From: Candidatus Latescibacterota bacterium
GTDB lineage: Bacteria; Latescibacterota; UBA2968
NCBI GenBank assembly: GCA_965208125.1
Contig: OZ242320.1
Location: 3,776,001-3,840,000, forward strand
Reading direction: 5' to 3'
DNA: 64,000 nt
The translations under genes were made by a program, and so were the position numbers. How positions within the stretch are numbered: the first letter of the stretch is position 1; every line of letters starts with the position of its first letter. Shown piece by piece: positions 48,554 through 58,518 of this stretch. Under the pieces are notes generated by a model. It saw nothing but the letters and a program-made list of their open reading frames with translations, was not told where the DNA came from and ran no database searches.

Positions 48554-50190
48554 TGCGAGACGCCGCCGTGTGCGTCAAAAAAATCGAAAATAGACGGTAG
48601 GGCTGTGAACCATATCGTGTTGTGCGTAGCGTCGGGATATTCGGTATAGGTGAAATTTTTCATATACTTTGCCAGCAGTTTCGCGGTGCGTCGCGCGGGT
48701 TCTGTCAGCGCGACCATGTCCTTTGCTCCTTGCGAAAATAGCACGGGTAGATCGGCATGCGGTTTGACGTGTCTCGATCTTACCCACCGCCCGCTGGCCG
48801 CGATTGGCGCGATGGCGGCAAATTTTTCGGCATGTCTCAATCCCAAAATCCAGGTGCCGCCTCCGCCCATCGAATGACCGGTGAGGTACACGCGCTCTGA
48901 GTCAATATTGTAGATGGATAACACGCGGTCCAATACATCCATGACATCTTGCCCGCCAATCCTGCGATACCCAGTAAAAGGCCCGCGTCCACTCGGTGCA
49001 ACAAATACATATCCGCGTTCTTGTGATAGGCTCTTGCATAAATTCTCTGTTTCGCCTCTTCTGCGCCGGTCTAACCAGGTGTTTTCGCTGCCAGAAGCAC
49101 CGTGAAGGCCAATGATCAGTGGCCATGATTGATCCGGCGTATATCCCTCTGGAACAAATATGCGGTAGGGTACGAGCTGGCTGTCAACTGCTGATCGATA
49201 CGCGAGGTGAAAGTCGCCAGTGCTTTTCTCCAGAGGGTCTTCTCCAGACAAAAGTGCCGAAGATAGGGTTTCGGCGAGGTCGATGTCCGCCGGTATGTTA
49301 ATCGCGCCGCGCCATGTCAATCCTCTGCCGCTGCGGCGGTATTTCATGACCATGGGTTGCGCTGTTCGCCTGAGATCTCCCACATATTTGGCGTGCATTT
49401 CCTCGAGATGATCGACGATATATTCGATTGTTTCAACGGCTGCTCGCTGGGACGCACCACGGGACGCGATATTCTCGCCCTGCAAGGTTTTTAGCTGCGT
49501 TTGCAAACTTTTCAGGCGTGATGACATTGTGTCTGTGTGCAGAAAAGCCCGCGTGACTCTCAGCAGGAGTTTGCCCGCTGGATCGCGCAATTCATAGCGC
49601 ACACCTGCGGGTCCTTCGGGCAAACCCGCTGTTGATAGGGCGCAATTGAAAGCGCGGACAGACGAAATTGGTAGTGTGCGCTCGTCAACTACACCCTTCG
49701 TTCCTCGCAGCGATAGCCGCGCCGTATATTCGCCTGAAAGCGGCTGTCCCAGGGTAAAGAGGGGTTTCAGTTGTACGTGAAGCGTGTCGCCTGTGTTTGT
49801 GATGGTGCGATTTAATACCAGGTTGTAGCTTGTGGCGAGTTCTGTTCCTTCGCCAGAGCTACCGTCTCGCGTCATTGCCATAAATCGTATAAACAGGCGA
49901 TAGGCGCGATAGTTGTCTTTTTTTTCAAAAGCAGCAAAAGCTGTATCCGATAGTGCCTGGAGATCGGGTGGTACGCCCTCATCTGTTGCTTTCAGGCGGT
50001 TCAATGTAGAACGCGCGACCACTGTAAATGCGCGGGCATCTTCCCAGGCGATATCGCCGAGTTGCTCGCCTTCGAGCAGGGTGATAGGAGGTTGGGCATG
50101 GCCTCTTACACAGGTTCCTATTATACAGCACAGGAATATGCCGCATATTGAGGAGTATTTAAAAAAAAGATGTGGGAACGAGATGGACAT
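48550..50190 (-). CDS. exported alpha/beta hydrolase (esterase/peptidase S9-like C-terminal domain)
   Basis: Signal peptide, LHG, GHSMGG nucleophile elbow, D...H triad; start uncertain. Confidence 0.8.
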   Translation of the reverse strand: MSISFPHLFFKYSSICGIFLCCIIGTCVRGHAQPPITLLEGEQLGDIAWEDARAFTVVARSTLNRLKATDEGVPPDLQALSDTAFAAFEKKDNYRAYRLFIRFMAMTRDGSSGEGTELATSYNLVLNRTITNTGDTLHVQLKPLFTLGQPLSGEYTARLSLRGTKGVVDERTLPISSVRAFNCALSTAGLPEGPAGVRYELRDPAGKLLLRVTRAFLHTDTMSSRLKSLQTQLKTLQGENIASRGASQRAAVETIEYIVDHLEEMHAKYVGDLRRTAQPMVMKYRRSGRGLTWRGAINIPADIDLAETLSSALLSGEDPLEKSTGDFHLAYRSAVDSQLVPYRIFVPEGYTPDQSWPLIIGLHGASGSENTWLDRRRRGETENLCKSLSQERGYVFVAPSGRGPFTGYRRIGGQDVMDVLDRVLSIYNIDSERVYLTGHSMGGGGTWILGLRHAEKFAAIAPIAASGRWVRSRHVKPHADLPVLFSQGAKDMVALTEPARRTAKLLAKYMKNFTYTEYPDATHNTIWFTALPSIFDFFDAHGGVSQ

Positions 50191-50310
50191 GATTTTTTTC
50201 CAGACAAAAGAGATTTTTTCGTTTGACAAAATAAGTTACCACGGGGAAAAACGCAAGGCTAAGGAACAATTCCGACTTGTGCGATGCGGAATCCCACTTT
50301 ATCATATATC

Positions 50311-50353
50311 GGGCAACCACGAGGGTTGCCCCTACGATACATCGGGCAACTAC
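50311..50353 (-). repeat. GTAG-type REP palindrome plus partial second copy
   Basis: Minus strand GTAGGGGCAACCCTCGTGGTTGCCC (50311-50335), then truncated ATCGGGCAACTAC. Confidence 0.65.
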
Positions 50354-50369
50354 ATACAAAGGATAAACC

Positions 50370-51908
50370 ATGACTTCTACTGTTCGCAAATTCATTGCCG
50401 CCCTGCTGTTATTGTTTCCCTATCCCATTCTCGCAGATGTTTCTATGCCCGCGATTTTTTCAGATAATATGGTGTTGCAGCAGCAAACTGCAATATCTGT
50501 GTGGGGGAATGCCGATGCCAATGAAGAGATTACTATTGAGTTAGATACCCAGCGTGTGATGATCACAGCAGATGCGGGGGGTACGTGGCAGATTCACCTG
50601 AGTCCTATGGAAGTGGGAGGCCCGTATCAGTTCACTGTGCGCGGGAAAAATGTCGTCACGTTTAACAATGTGATGGTGGGGGAGGTCTGGGTCTGCTCTG
50701 GACAGTCCAATATGGCCTGGTTCGTCAGGCGTTCTCAAAATGCGGAGGAGGAGATCAAAGCGGCAGATTATCCCAATATCAGGCTTTTTACGGTCAAACG
50801 CAGTGCCGCACAAAGGCCCGCACAAGATGTTGAGGGCACATGGAGTGTATGCGATACGAGTAGTGTCGTCAATTTTTCTGCAGTGGCCTATTATTTTGGA
50901 CGCCGTTTGCACCAGTCTTTGAATGTACCCATTGGTCTTATCAATACATCCTGGGGAGGCACACCGGCTGAAGCCTGGACTTCATTGCCCGCGCTTCAAG
51001 TCATACCGGAGTATGCGCCGCTGGGCAAACGCTGGGCAGAAGCCATCGCTACGTATCATTCGGAAGCACAGCAGAAGGAATACCAGGCCAGGCTCGCTGT
51101 ATGGCAGGCAAATGCCGATAGCTTGCGCGCTTTGGGGCAACGCCGTCCGCGAAGACCGTGGCGAAATCCGAATAGTCCCCATCGTCCGTCTATGCTCTAC
51201 AATGGGATGATTGCGCCTATCGTTTCTTATGGTATTCGCGGTGCAATATGGTATCAGGGAGAATCAAATGCTGGCCGGGCATATCAATATCGCGCGTTGT
51301 TTCCGGCGATGATTCAGAACTGGCGTTCGAGTTGGGGGCAGGGCGCATTTCCGTTTTTCTTTGTACAGCTTGCCAATTTTAGACAGGTAAAGGAAAATCC
51401 CGATGAAAGTGCCTGGGCTGAATTGCGCGAGGCGCAATTGATGGCACTTTCATTGCCGAATACCGGTATGGCTGTAGCGATTGATATTGGAGAGGCAGAC
51501 GATATTCACCCAAAAAATAAACAGGATGTTGGCTTGCGTCTGGCACTGGGAGCAGAAGCTATGGTCTATGGTATGGATCAACCGCATTCTGGTCCCATTT
51601 ATCGGTCTATGGCGGTTGAAGAAGACAAAATTCGCCTGAAATTTGATCACGCGTATGGTGGCTTAAAAGCAAAGGGCGATATGCTCAAGGGTTTTGTGAT
51701 TGCCGGCCAAGATAGCAAATTCGTTTGGGCAGAGGCAAAGATTGATGGCGACGATGTGCTGGTCTGGAGCAAAGATATTCAGCAACCCGTTGCTGTCCGA
51801 TACGCATGGGCTGATAATCCAGTTTGCAATTTGTACAATGGTGCGGATTTGCCGGCATCGCCTTTTCGCACAGATGACTGGCGCGGTATCACCGCTGACC
51901 GGCAGTAA
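50370..51908 (+). CDS. sialate O-acetylesterase (SASA family)
   Basis: GEVWVCSGQSNM, WGGTPAEAW, WYQGESN, DIHPKNKQ. Confidence 0.9.
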   Translation: MTSTVRKFIAALLLLFPYPILADVSMPAIFSDNMVLQQQTAISVWGNADANEEITIELDTQRVMITADAGGTWQIHLSPMEVGGPYQFTVRGKNVVTFNNVMVGEVWVCSGQSNMAWFVRRSQNAEEEIKAADYPNIRLFTVKRSAAQRPAQDVEGTWSVCDTSSVVNFSAVAYYFGRRLHQSLNVPIGLINTSWGGTPAEAWTSLPALQVIPEYAPLGKRWAEAIATYHSEAQQKEYQARLAVWQANADSLRALGQRRPRRPWRNPNSPHRPSMLYNGMIAPIVSYGIRGAIWYQGESNAGRAYQYRALFPAMIQNWRSSWGQGAFPFFFVQLANFRQVKENPDESAWAELREAQLMALSLPNTGMAVAIDIGEADDIHPKNKQDVGLRLALGAEAMVYGMDQPHSGPIYRSMAVEEDKIRLKFDHAYGGLKAKGDMLKGFVIAGQDSKFVWAEAKIDGDDVLVWSKDIQQPVAVRYAWADNPVCNLYNGADLPASPFRTDDWRGITADRQ

Positions 51909-51932
51909 GCCTCACTTCTACAGGAGATAGAA

Positions 51933-52958
51933 ATGAAAGCAGCACTTTACAAAGGTATCCGCGAAATTGAATGGCAAGATGTTGAATATACGCCCCCTGC
52001 ACCGGGTTATATCACCCTGCAGACGAGGAGTTCTGGTATCTGTGGTAGCGATTTGCACAATTATTTTGGCGAGTGGAAACCCTCGCTTGAACGCGCCGCA
52101 GGGCACGAGTTGTGTGGCACGGTTGCCGAAGTTGGCGAGGGTGTGACTGATATCGAGGTAGGGGATCTGGTTACCGCCGAATGTTTTTCGCATTGTGGTA
52201 CATGTCACTATTGCGTTACAGGTCGCTACAACCACTGCGCCAATCGCAAGTGGTTTTCGGGCGAATCGCACGGTGGTTTTGCCGAATACACAACCGCACA
52301 CAAAAATAGTGTCTTCAAATTGCCAGATATGACTTTTGAACAGGGTGCGCTTGTAGAACCGCTCGCTGTGGCGCATCGCGCACTTGCGCAGGCAAAAGCG
52401 TCTTACCAGGATCGGGTCGCTGTGATCGGTGGGGGAACAATTGGTCAACTCTGTCTGGCAGTTGCCAAAGCTATTGGTGTACGAGAAACGCTGATTACCG
52501 CCAAATATCCGCAGCAGGCCGACCTCGCGTGTGACCTCGGCGCGGATCACGTTGTTGATATTACGACGACCGATGTGAAGGATGTGGTTAACGATCTCAC
52601 CGATGGCATGGGATATGACGCTGTTATCGAAACTGTGGGCACCGCGCAGAACTTCGATGATTCTATCGCTATATCGCGCCGCCATGCCATGATCGTTCTC
52701 GTGGCCGGTTACTTCAAGCCCCTCGAGGTTGACTTGCGCTCGATTGTCTGGTCCGAAGTCAATATTACAGGCTCTAATTGCTACGGTTTCAGCGGCATGC
52801 GTACCGATTTTGATGTCGCGATTGATCTCATTACCTCTGACCGCGTGCAAGCTACGAAACTCGTCACCCACCGCTATCCCTTTGCCGATATCGCCGAAGC
52901 TTTTCACACCGCTGCTGACAAAAAATCCGGCTGTGTCAAAGTGCATCTCGTGAAATAA
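51933..52958 (+). CDS. zinc-dependent alcohol/sugar dehydrogenase
   Basis: GICGSD, GHE, CGTCHYC...C, GGGTIG. Confidence 0.9.
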   Translation: MKAALYKGIREIEWQDVEYTPPAPGYITLQTRSSGICGSDLHNYFGEWKPSLERAAGHELCGTVAEVGEGVTDIEVGDLVTAECFSHCGTCHYCVTGRYNHCANRKWFSGESHGGFAEYTTAHKNSVFKLPDMTFEQGALVEPLAVAHRALAQAKASYQDRVAVIGGGTIGQLCLAVAKAIGVRETLITAKYPQQADLACDLGADHVVDITTTDVKDVVNDLTDGMGYDAVIETVGTAQNFDDSIAISRRHAMIVLVAGYFKPLEVDLRSIVWSEVNITGSNCYGFSGMRTDFDVAIDLITSDRVQATKLVTHRYPFADIAEAFHTAADKKSGCVKVHLVK

Positions 52959-52971
52959 CAAGGCAGGTTCC

Positions 52972-54174
52972 ATGGGCATTCGTCTCGGTATTGTTGGCGT
53001 GGGGGCATTTGCACAGGGTTTTATTTCCCTGTTCAATGCACATCCAGATGTGGATCAGGTCGTGCTGTGTGATCTGGATGAAGAAAAACGCCAGAGTAAT
53101 GCGGAAAAACACGGAATTGTGCAGACTTCGCCCTCTCTCGATGATCTGTGTGATACCGATGTTGATGCTATCGCGCTTTTTACCCAGAATTGGCTTCACG
53201 GGCCACAGGCAGCGCAAGCACTTCGCGCGGGTAAACACGTCTATTCAGCCGTGCCACCGGGCATATTACTCAACGAACTTCGCGCTATTGCCGAAGCTGT
53301 GCGGGAAACGGGTAATATCTATATGCTCGGTGAAACGAGTTACTATTATCCAGCAGTGATTTACTGTCGGCAGCGATTTCGAGAAGGTGCATTTGGAGAT
53401 ATTGTGTACGCCGAAGCCGAATATTATCACGACTGGGATCACGGTCTGTACGCTGTTGCCAGGTGGCGCGGCGGAGAAAATTGGCGCGAAACCGCTGGTG
53501 TGCCGCCCATGTTTTATCCCACCCATTCGACGAGCCAGATTCTCTCTATCACAGGCGCGCGTATGACCCACGTTTCATGCCAGGGTTTCACGGATTGCCA
53601 CGAAGATGGAATCTACGCATCAAACAAGTGGAATAATCCGTTCAGCAATGAATCTGCGTTGTTCAAGCTGTCCGATGGCAGTACCGCGCGCATCAATGAA
53701 TTTCGCCGTGTTGGTCATCCGGGGGCGGTGCGTATGACGATGTTTGGTACACAGGGCAGCTTTGAACACAATGCCTCGGGTGCCGTCTGGCTCACAAAAG
53801 ACCGATCTGAACGCGAATCTCTCGACGCGCAACTCACCTGCCGCGTAGCGGTAAGACGCGTTGAGGGCGATATGGACAAGGTTACCGCAGACGATGGGAC
53901 GCATCACTCTGTTGCGCCCATTCATCCGGCTCACCGCTTGCCCGATGCATTCAGAGGTTTGCCCAATGGTCACAATGGGTCACATCAGTTTCTGGTTGAT
54001 GATTTTGTTCGCGCCTGTGTCTCGGGCAAGACGCCGCCGAACAATATTTACGAAGCTGCGCGCTACCTGATTCCCGGCCTCATTGCCCACGAATCAGCCC
54101 TCAAAGGCGGTGAGTTGCTCGAGATTCCCGATTTGGGTGATCCCCCCACAGATAATCGTCTGGAGCTCGACTGA
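52972..54174 (+). CDS. Gfo/Idh/MocA oxidoreductase
   Basis: GIVGVG, HVYSAVP, YPTHS, GHNGSH. Confidence 0.85.
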   Translation: MGIRLGIVGVGAFAQGFISLFNAHPDVDQVVLCDLDEEKRQSNAEKHGIVQTSPSLDDLCDTDVDAIALFTQNWLHGPQAAQALRAGKHVYSAVPPGILLNELRAIAEAVRETGNIYMLGETSYYYPAVIYCRQRFREGAFGDIVYAEAEYYHDWDHGLYAVARWRGGENWRETAGVPPMFYPTHSTSQILSITGARMTHVSCQGFTDCHEDGIYASNKWNNPFSNESALFKLSDGSTARINEFRRVGHPGAVRMTMFGTQGSFEHNASGAVWLTKDRSERESLDAQLTCRVAVRRVEGDMDKVTADDGTHHSVAPIHPAHRLPDAFRGLPNGHNGSHQFLVDDFVRACVSGKTPPNNIYEAARYLIPGLIAHESALKGGELLEIPDLGDPPTDNRLELD

Positions 54175-54223
54175 CCTGTATATGCTCTCCCCACAAAATT
54201 GGCTTTTAACAAGGGAGTGGACC

Positions 54224-54961
54224 ATGTCTTATTTTTCTAATGAAGAGAAAGCCTTTTTTAAAAAAAATGGCTATGTTGTCAAACCCGACCTGATTGCACC
54301 AGAGCTACTCAAAGATGCGCGGGATGCCGTGTGGGAATATATCGAGGCGGATCGCGATGATCCTCAGACATGGATCAACGCGGGGCCAAAAGGCAATCTG
54401 CCGTGTAGCGACCATCCCGCAGTCGCGGCTATGAGGACAGATACACCGCTTTACGACATGGCCGAAGAACTCGCGGGTAAGGGACATCTTCGCTCGCCTG
54501 GCAATGGGCTGTGTAAAATGATTTACCCGAGCGGCCACACGGACTGGCAGCCTCCGAGAGGGCATCTGGATGGGTATCTCATCGAAGGTGTGGCGGATAC
54601 TTTTACCGTGGCTGTTACTATTAATATCAGCGATGTTTTGCCCCGCGGCGGCGGTTTTACCACATGGGCGGGCGCGCACCTCAAGGTTGCCCGATATTTC
54701 CAGGCGCATGCGCTGACTAATTTGAGCGGTCTCAAAGCCCCGGGTTTTCTACATCCCGATACGCGCTATGAACACGCCGCACCTGCGGGAACGGTTTGCT
54801 TTTGGCACCACTATATGTTGCACACGGCCAGCATGAATTGTCGGACAGATATCCGCATGGCACTTGTCAATCGCTTTGCTTTCAAGAACCTGAGCGATAT
54901 CATGTTCGATCTGCCCTTCGATCTGTGGGATCACTGGGAAGGCTTGCGCGATATCAATTGA
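54224..54961 (+). CDS. phytanoyl-CoA dioxygenase (PhyH) family Fe/2OG enzyme
   Basis: FFKKNGYVV, HLD (HxD), HTAS.N....R. Confidence 0.8.
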   Translation: MSYFSNEEKAFFKKNGYVVKPDLIAPELLKDARDAVWEYIEADRDDPQTWINAGPKGNLPCSDHPAVAAMRTDTPLYDMAEELAGKGHLRSPGNGLCKMIYPSGHTDWQPPRGHLDGYLIEGVADTFTVAVTINISDVLPRGGGFTTWAGAHLKVARYFQAHALTNLSGLKAPGFLHPDTRYEHAAPAGTVCFWHHYMLHTASMNCRTDIRMALVNRFAFKNLSDIMFDLPFDLWDHWEGLRDIN

Positions 54962-54973
54962 AAGGATGCGGTT

Positions 54974-55945
54974 ATGGCACGAATGAAACGACTTGAAAAG
55001 CTCGATGGCTTCGCCAATGTGCAGATGGTCGAAGTCGAACAGCCAGAGCCCGGTTCCGATCAGATGCTGATTGAGGTCAAGCGCAGCCTGATCAGCAGGG
55101 GGTCGGAGCTATTTTGGCGATACGTCCGGGAAGAGGCGGTAAGTCCTGAAATGATGGGGTATTCCGACGCGGGTGAGGTCGTGGCCGTGGGGGCCAACAT
55201 CCAGGATTTCGCAGTGGGACAGCGCGTCATGGCGAACACCCCGCACGCTCAGTACGTCATTGCCGGCGAAACGGAAAGATCCCGGCGCGCTTTCCCCCTT
55301 CCGGACGAACTCAGCTATGAGACCGCGGCCTTTCTCCCACTCGCGACCAGTTCTGTGATGTGGATGCGCACTTCGCCAGTAGAACCCGGACAGACCGTTG
55401 TCGTGCTCGGTCAGGGGATCGTAGGTGCCCTGTGCGCTCAGATCGTCTGGGAACGCGATCCCGGACGTGTGATAGTCGTCGATGCACAGCCTCTCCGATG
55501 CGATATCGCGCGGAAACTGGGGCACGAAAATGTGATCAATGTCTCCCAGACCGACTCCGTGGCAGCGGTCAAGGAACTCACAGATGGCAAGGGGGCCGAC
55601 CTCGTCGTCGAGTGCGTCGGTGGGTACGCTGGCATCCAGTCCTTCGAACAGGCTCAAAAGATGCTCGCATCCAGGGGAACAATTCATCTCATCGCGAAGT
55701 ATCAAGGTGCTCCATTGCCCCTGGAAGGGGACGCCTTTATGAATAAGCAGATTATCGCGGGCATCCGCATCGATACACCCAGAGAGGCGTGTATGCGGGA
55801 TGCAGCCCAGATGCTGATCGACGGACGGGTCAAAGTCGCCGAACTGATTACCCACAGACTCCCCTGGGAACAAACTCCGGATGCGTATCACCTGCTCTAT
55901 CACAAGCCGGACGAAGCACTCGGCGTTATTCTGGAGTGGGATTGA
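54974..55945 (+). CDS. medium-chain dehydrogenase (lacks Cys-Zn motifs)
   Basis: SRGSE, GYSDAG, GQGIVG, LITHR. Confidence 0.8.
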   Translation: MARMKRLEKLDGFANVQMVEVEQPEPGSDQMLIEVKRSLISRGSELFWRYVREEAVSPEMMGYSDAGEVVAVGANIQDFAVGQRVMANTPHAQYVIAGETERSRRAFPLPDELSYETAAFLPLATSSVMWMRTSPVEPGQTVVVLGQGIVGALCAQIVWERDPGRVIVVDAQPLRCDIARKLGHENVINVSQTDSVAAVKELTDGKGADLVVECVGGYAGIQSFEQAQKMLASRGTIHLIAKYQGAPLPLEGDAFMNKQIIAGIRIDTPREACMRDAAQMLIDGRVKVAELITHRLPWEQTPDAYHLLYHKPDEALGVILEWD

Positions 55946-55980
55946 TCTGATCGTGTGTTTTGAGCAGGACAGGAGACGCT

Positions 55981-57177
55981 ATGAAGAAACTTCGATTGGC
56001 TGTTGTGGGGTGTGGTGCTTACGAAAGTTCCCGCGCCCGCGGATATATCGCGACGATGGTCAAGCTGACCGATCTCTACGATTTGTGCGCGATATGCGAT
56101 CACAGCGAGCAGTCGTTACAGGTTGTTGGTGAGCGTTTTGGTATTGATGCGCGATATACCGATTTTGAAGCGATGCTGGATGGGGAAAAGCCAGATGTGG
56201 TTTTTATTCTTGTCCCCACCGATGGACAGGCAGTCATGGCTTTGGCGGCTATTGAGCGCGGTTGTCATATTATCACGGAGATTCCCTATGCCCACACGCT
56301 GGCAATTGGCGATGCGATTGATCGGGCGTGCCGGGATAGAGGGGTGGTCTGGGAGATCGCAGAAAATGTCTGGCTCTGGCCTCAGGAACAATTAAAACAA
56401 AAGATCGTTAGAGAAGGGTTGCTTGGGAAACTGACACATGCGCGTCTGTGGTACACGTCAGGTAGCTATCACGGTATCAACGGGGTTAGAATGATTCTCG
56501 ACAAGGCCGCGACCCGCGCCCTGGGCTATGCACAATCGGTGGAGGTGTTGCCATATAGCAATTATGGTGGGGTGGAGGAAACGACCCGATGGTGGGAGAG
56601 TGCTGTTGTCGAGTTCGAAGATGATGTGGTCTGTTTATACGAGATGTCCCCAGCCGGGGCGCGAGGCAATTTCTGGGATATTGAAGGGGTGGAAGGGCAT
56701 CTTTCTGGGAATGAACTGGTGCTTTATGGAAGTGGTGAACGCACATTTTACCCAATTCAGGAGGCGTTCGAGGAGATTGACGGAGAGCAGATTCTCTCGT
56801 CTGTTCGCGTGGATACCGATCCACCGGTTGTCTGGGAGAATCCATTCAAGCACCAGAAGGTTTTCCACGCGGACGATGTGGCTAAAGCCGCGATTCTCAA
56901 TAGCCTTCACAGGGCAGTGACAGAGGGATCCGAACCGCAGTACAGTCCCGCAAATGCCCGCAGAGATCTGGAGATTTGGATTGCGATTCGCGAGAGCGCG
57001 AATAGGGGAAGTGTCTGGGTTGACCTTCCGCTGACGGAAGAGACAGATCTCGAGCGACGATTTGAAGCCGAATTTGTTCGTCAGTACGGCGGTCATCCCA
57101 TCAAAGATCGCAAGCGTCTGCTGAATGCCCCTTTCCAGCGTCTCAGTCCGTTGTGGACTGTGGCAGGCTGGTTGTGA
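55981..57177 (+). CDS. Gfo/Idh/MocA oxidoreductase
   Basis: AVVGCG, ITEIP, AEN, SYHG; AGGAG RBS before 55981. Confidence 0.85.
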   Translation: MKKLRLAVVGCGAYESSRARGYIATMVKLTDLYDLCAICDHSEQSLQVVGERFGIDARYTDFEAMLDGEKPDVVFILVPTDGQAVMALAAIERGCHIITEIPYAHTLAIGDAIDRACRDRGVVWEIAENVWLWPQEQLKQKIVREGLLGKLTHARLWYTSGSYHGINGVRMILDKAATRALGYAQSVEVLPYSNYGGVEETTRWWESAVVEFEDDVVCLYEMSPAGARGNFWDIEGVEGHLSGNELVLYGSGERTFYPIQEAFEEIDGEQILSSVRVDTDPPVVWENPFKHQKVFHADDVAKAAILNSLHRAVTEGSEPQYSPANARRDLEIWIAIRESANRGSVWVDLPLTEETDLERRFEAEFVRQYGGHPIKDRKRLLNAPFQRLSPLWTVAGWL

Positions 57178-57205
57178 TGTGAACTACTCAGATTGGAGAG
57201 ATGTT

Positions 57206-57871
57206 ATGCGTTTTTTTCTGGCATTTTTGTCGATGATTATTGTTTCGTCTCAAACTGTGCAAGCGCAACCGGCAGATGTAAAAAGCCATGTTGGGGCGCT
57301 TAAAGGCAAGACGTTTTGGATCAAAATCGATTTTGTAGAGGTGAATGACGGAATTCGAGGTATTGATGCGGCAAATGTTCTGGAGAATGGCGAGGTTTCA
57401 TACCGCGCGACAATAGGCAGTTTTCGCCAGTCTCAGTCTCAGTCTGCAGAGGATTTTGCCGAAGAGGTTCGGAATATCATTATAAGAGATGAGCTTGCAG
57501 GGTGGAGTGTGCGGGTGATTCAAAGAGGCGCGAAAGTTCAAATCCGAAAAGCCGAGGCGAGGGAGAAAGAGGTCTATATTGAACTCGACAGACTGTCAGG
57601 TGCTCGCCATGCCGTTCGTCTCAAGGTCAATAGGGATAAGTACACGATTTCCGAAGTTGAACGTCTTTTTAATATCGCCTTTGCAGCAAGCGAAGCGGAA
57701 TTAGAAGGTGCAGAGAAAACTGTTTCACTCAAGCTGGATATGTCTATTGAAGAAGTGATCGCCCTGAAAGGCAAACCCAAAACGCGCGTTGACCTCGGCT
57801 CCAAAACCGTTCTCACTTACGACGACTTGAAGTTGATATTCAAAGATGGAAAATTAGTGGATGCGGAGTAA
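57206..57871 (+). CDS. exported hypothetical protein
   Basis: Signal peptide; C-terminal SmpA/BamE-like pattern DMSIEEVIALKGKP...FKDGKLV. Confidence 0.65.
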   Translation: MRFFLAFLSMIIVSSQTVQAQPADVKSHVGALKGKTFWIKIDFVEVNDGIRGIDAANVLENGEVSYRATIGSFRQSQSQSAEDFAEEVRNIIIRDELAGWSVRVIQRGAKVQIRKAEAREKEVYIELDRLSGARHAVRLKVNRDKYTISEVERLFNIAFAASEAELEGAEKTVSLKLDMSIEEVIALKGKPKTRVDLGSKTVLTYDDLKLIFKDGKLVDAE

Positions 57872-58018
57872 AGCATCGGATCATTGGATTGAGAACGGCG
57901 ATTTCTCGTGAACAAAGATCATAGGAATCTCTCTAAAAAATTGCACATTGCTATGGTGGTGCAGGTTGAGAAGGATGCGCCCAATGTTCATTTAGTTAGA
58001 GACACATCTTGTCGTGCG

Positions 58019-58051
58019 AAGACCAATCAGACAATGATACTGATTGGTCTT
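58019..58051. terminator. 12-bp perfect inverted repeat (probable terminator at island edge)
   Basis: AAGACCAATCAG-N9-CTGATTGGTCTT followed by AATTTTT. Confidence 0.55.
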
Positions 58052-58152
58052 AATTTTTGAGTTATACTCAAAAATACTGTTGCAAACCTTTGTTTTTAAA
58101 CGTAAATTGCAGATATTTGCAAATCCAGTCAATACTCAAAAATGGGGACGAC

Positions 58153-58396
58153 ATGGCCGATCCTGCTGTTGAAACCTTAGCTACCGTCCTGTCGGCGCAG
58201 TGAACAGGGGAGACCTTTAGACATTGTGCTGATCCGATCTTACCTGAGCACTCTCCAGAATGTTGCCCCGGCGACCCGTGCGCTGAGGCCCGGTCATAGC
58301 AACTTACAGACTACCCAGTGCTACGTCGAGCTGGGCGGTGAGACCGTCCGGCATGAGCTGGACGCCTTCGCGCGTAGAAAAACGCGGATCCGGTGA
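58153..58396 (+). pseudogene. internally deleted tyrosine recombinase (XerC/D-like) remnant
   Basis: Frameshifted start; LIRSYLSTLQNVAPATRA (N-terminal domain-like) joined directly to GHSNLQTTQCYV (catalytic Tyr box), stop at 58396. Confidence 0.75.
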
Positions 58397-58518
58397 TCGC
58401 GAATTCGTGGACTTACCCCAACGCCGTAACTAAGTTATTTTATTTTTTATGTGCCCACCCATATTGCTTGTTCATATAGACTCGCACAATAACCGTTTAC
58501 ACAAAGGAGAACTCTCAG

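Noticed and set aside
51918-53036. 372-aa minus-strand ORF
   Set aside because: Antisense shadow of the Zn-dependent dehydrogenase
55109-55903. 264-aa minus-strand ORF
   Set aside because: Antisense shadow of the MDR dehydrogenase
58419-58445. dif-like site (CAACGCCGTAA-CTAAG-TTATTTTATTT) after the recombinase remnant
   Set aside because: Spacer is 5 bp, not 6, and the XerD arm match is weak in AT-rich sequence
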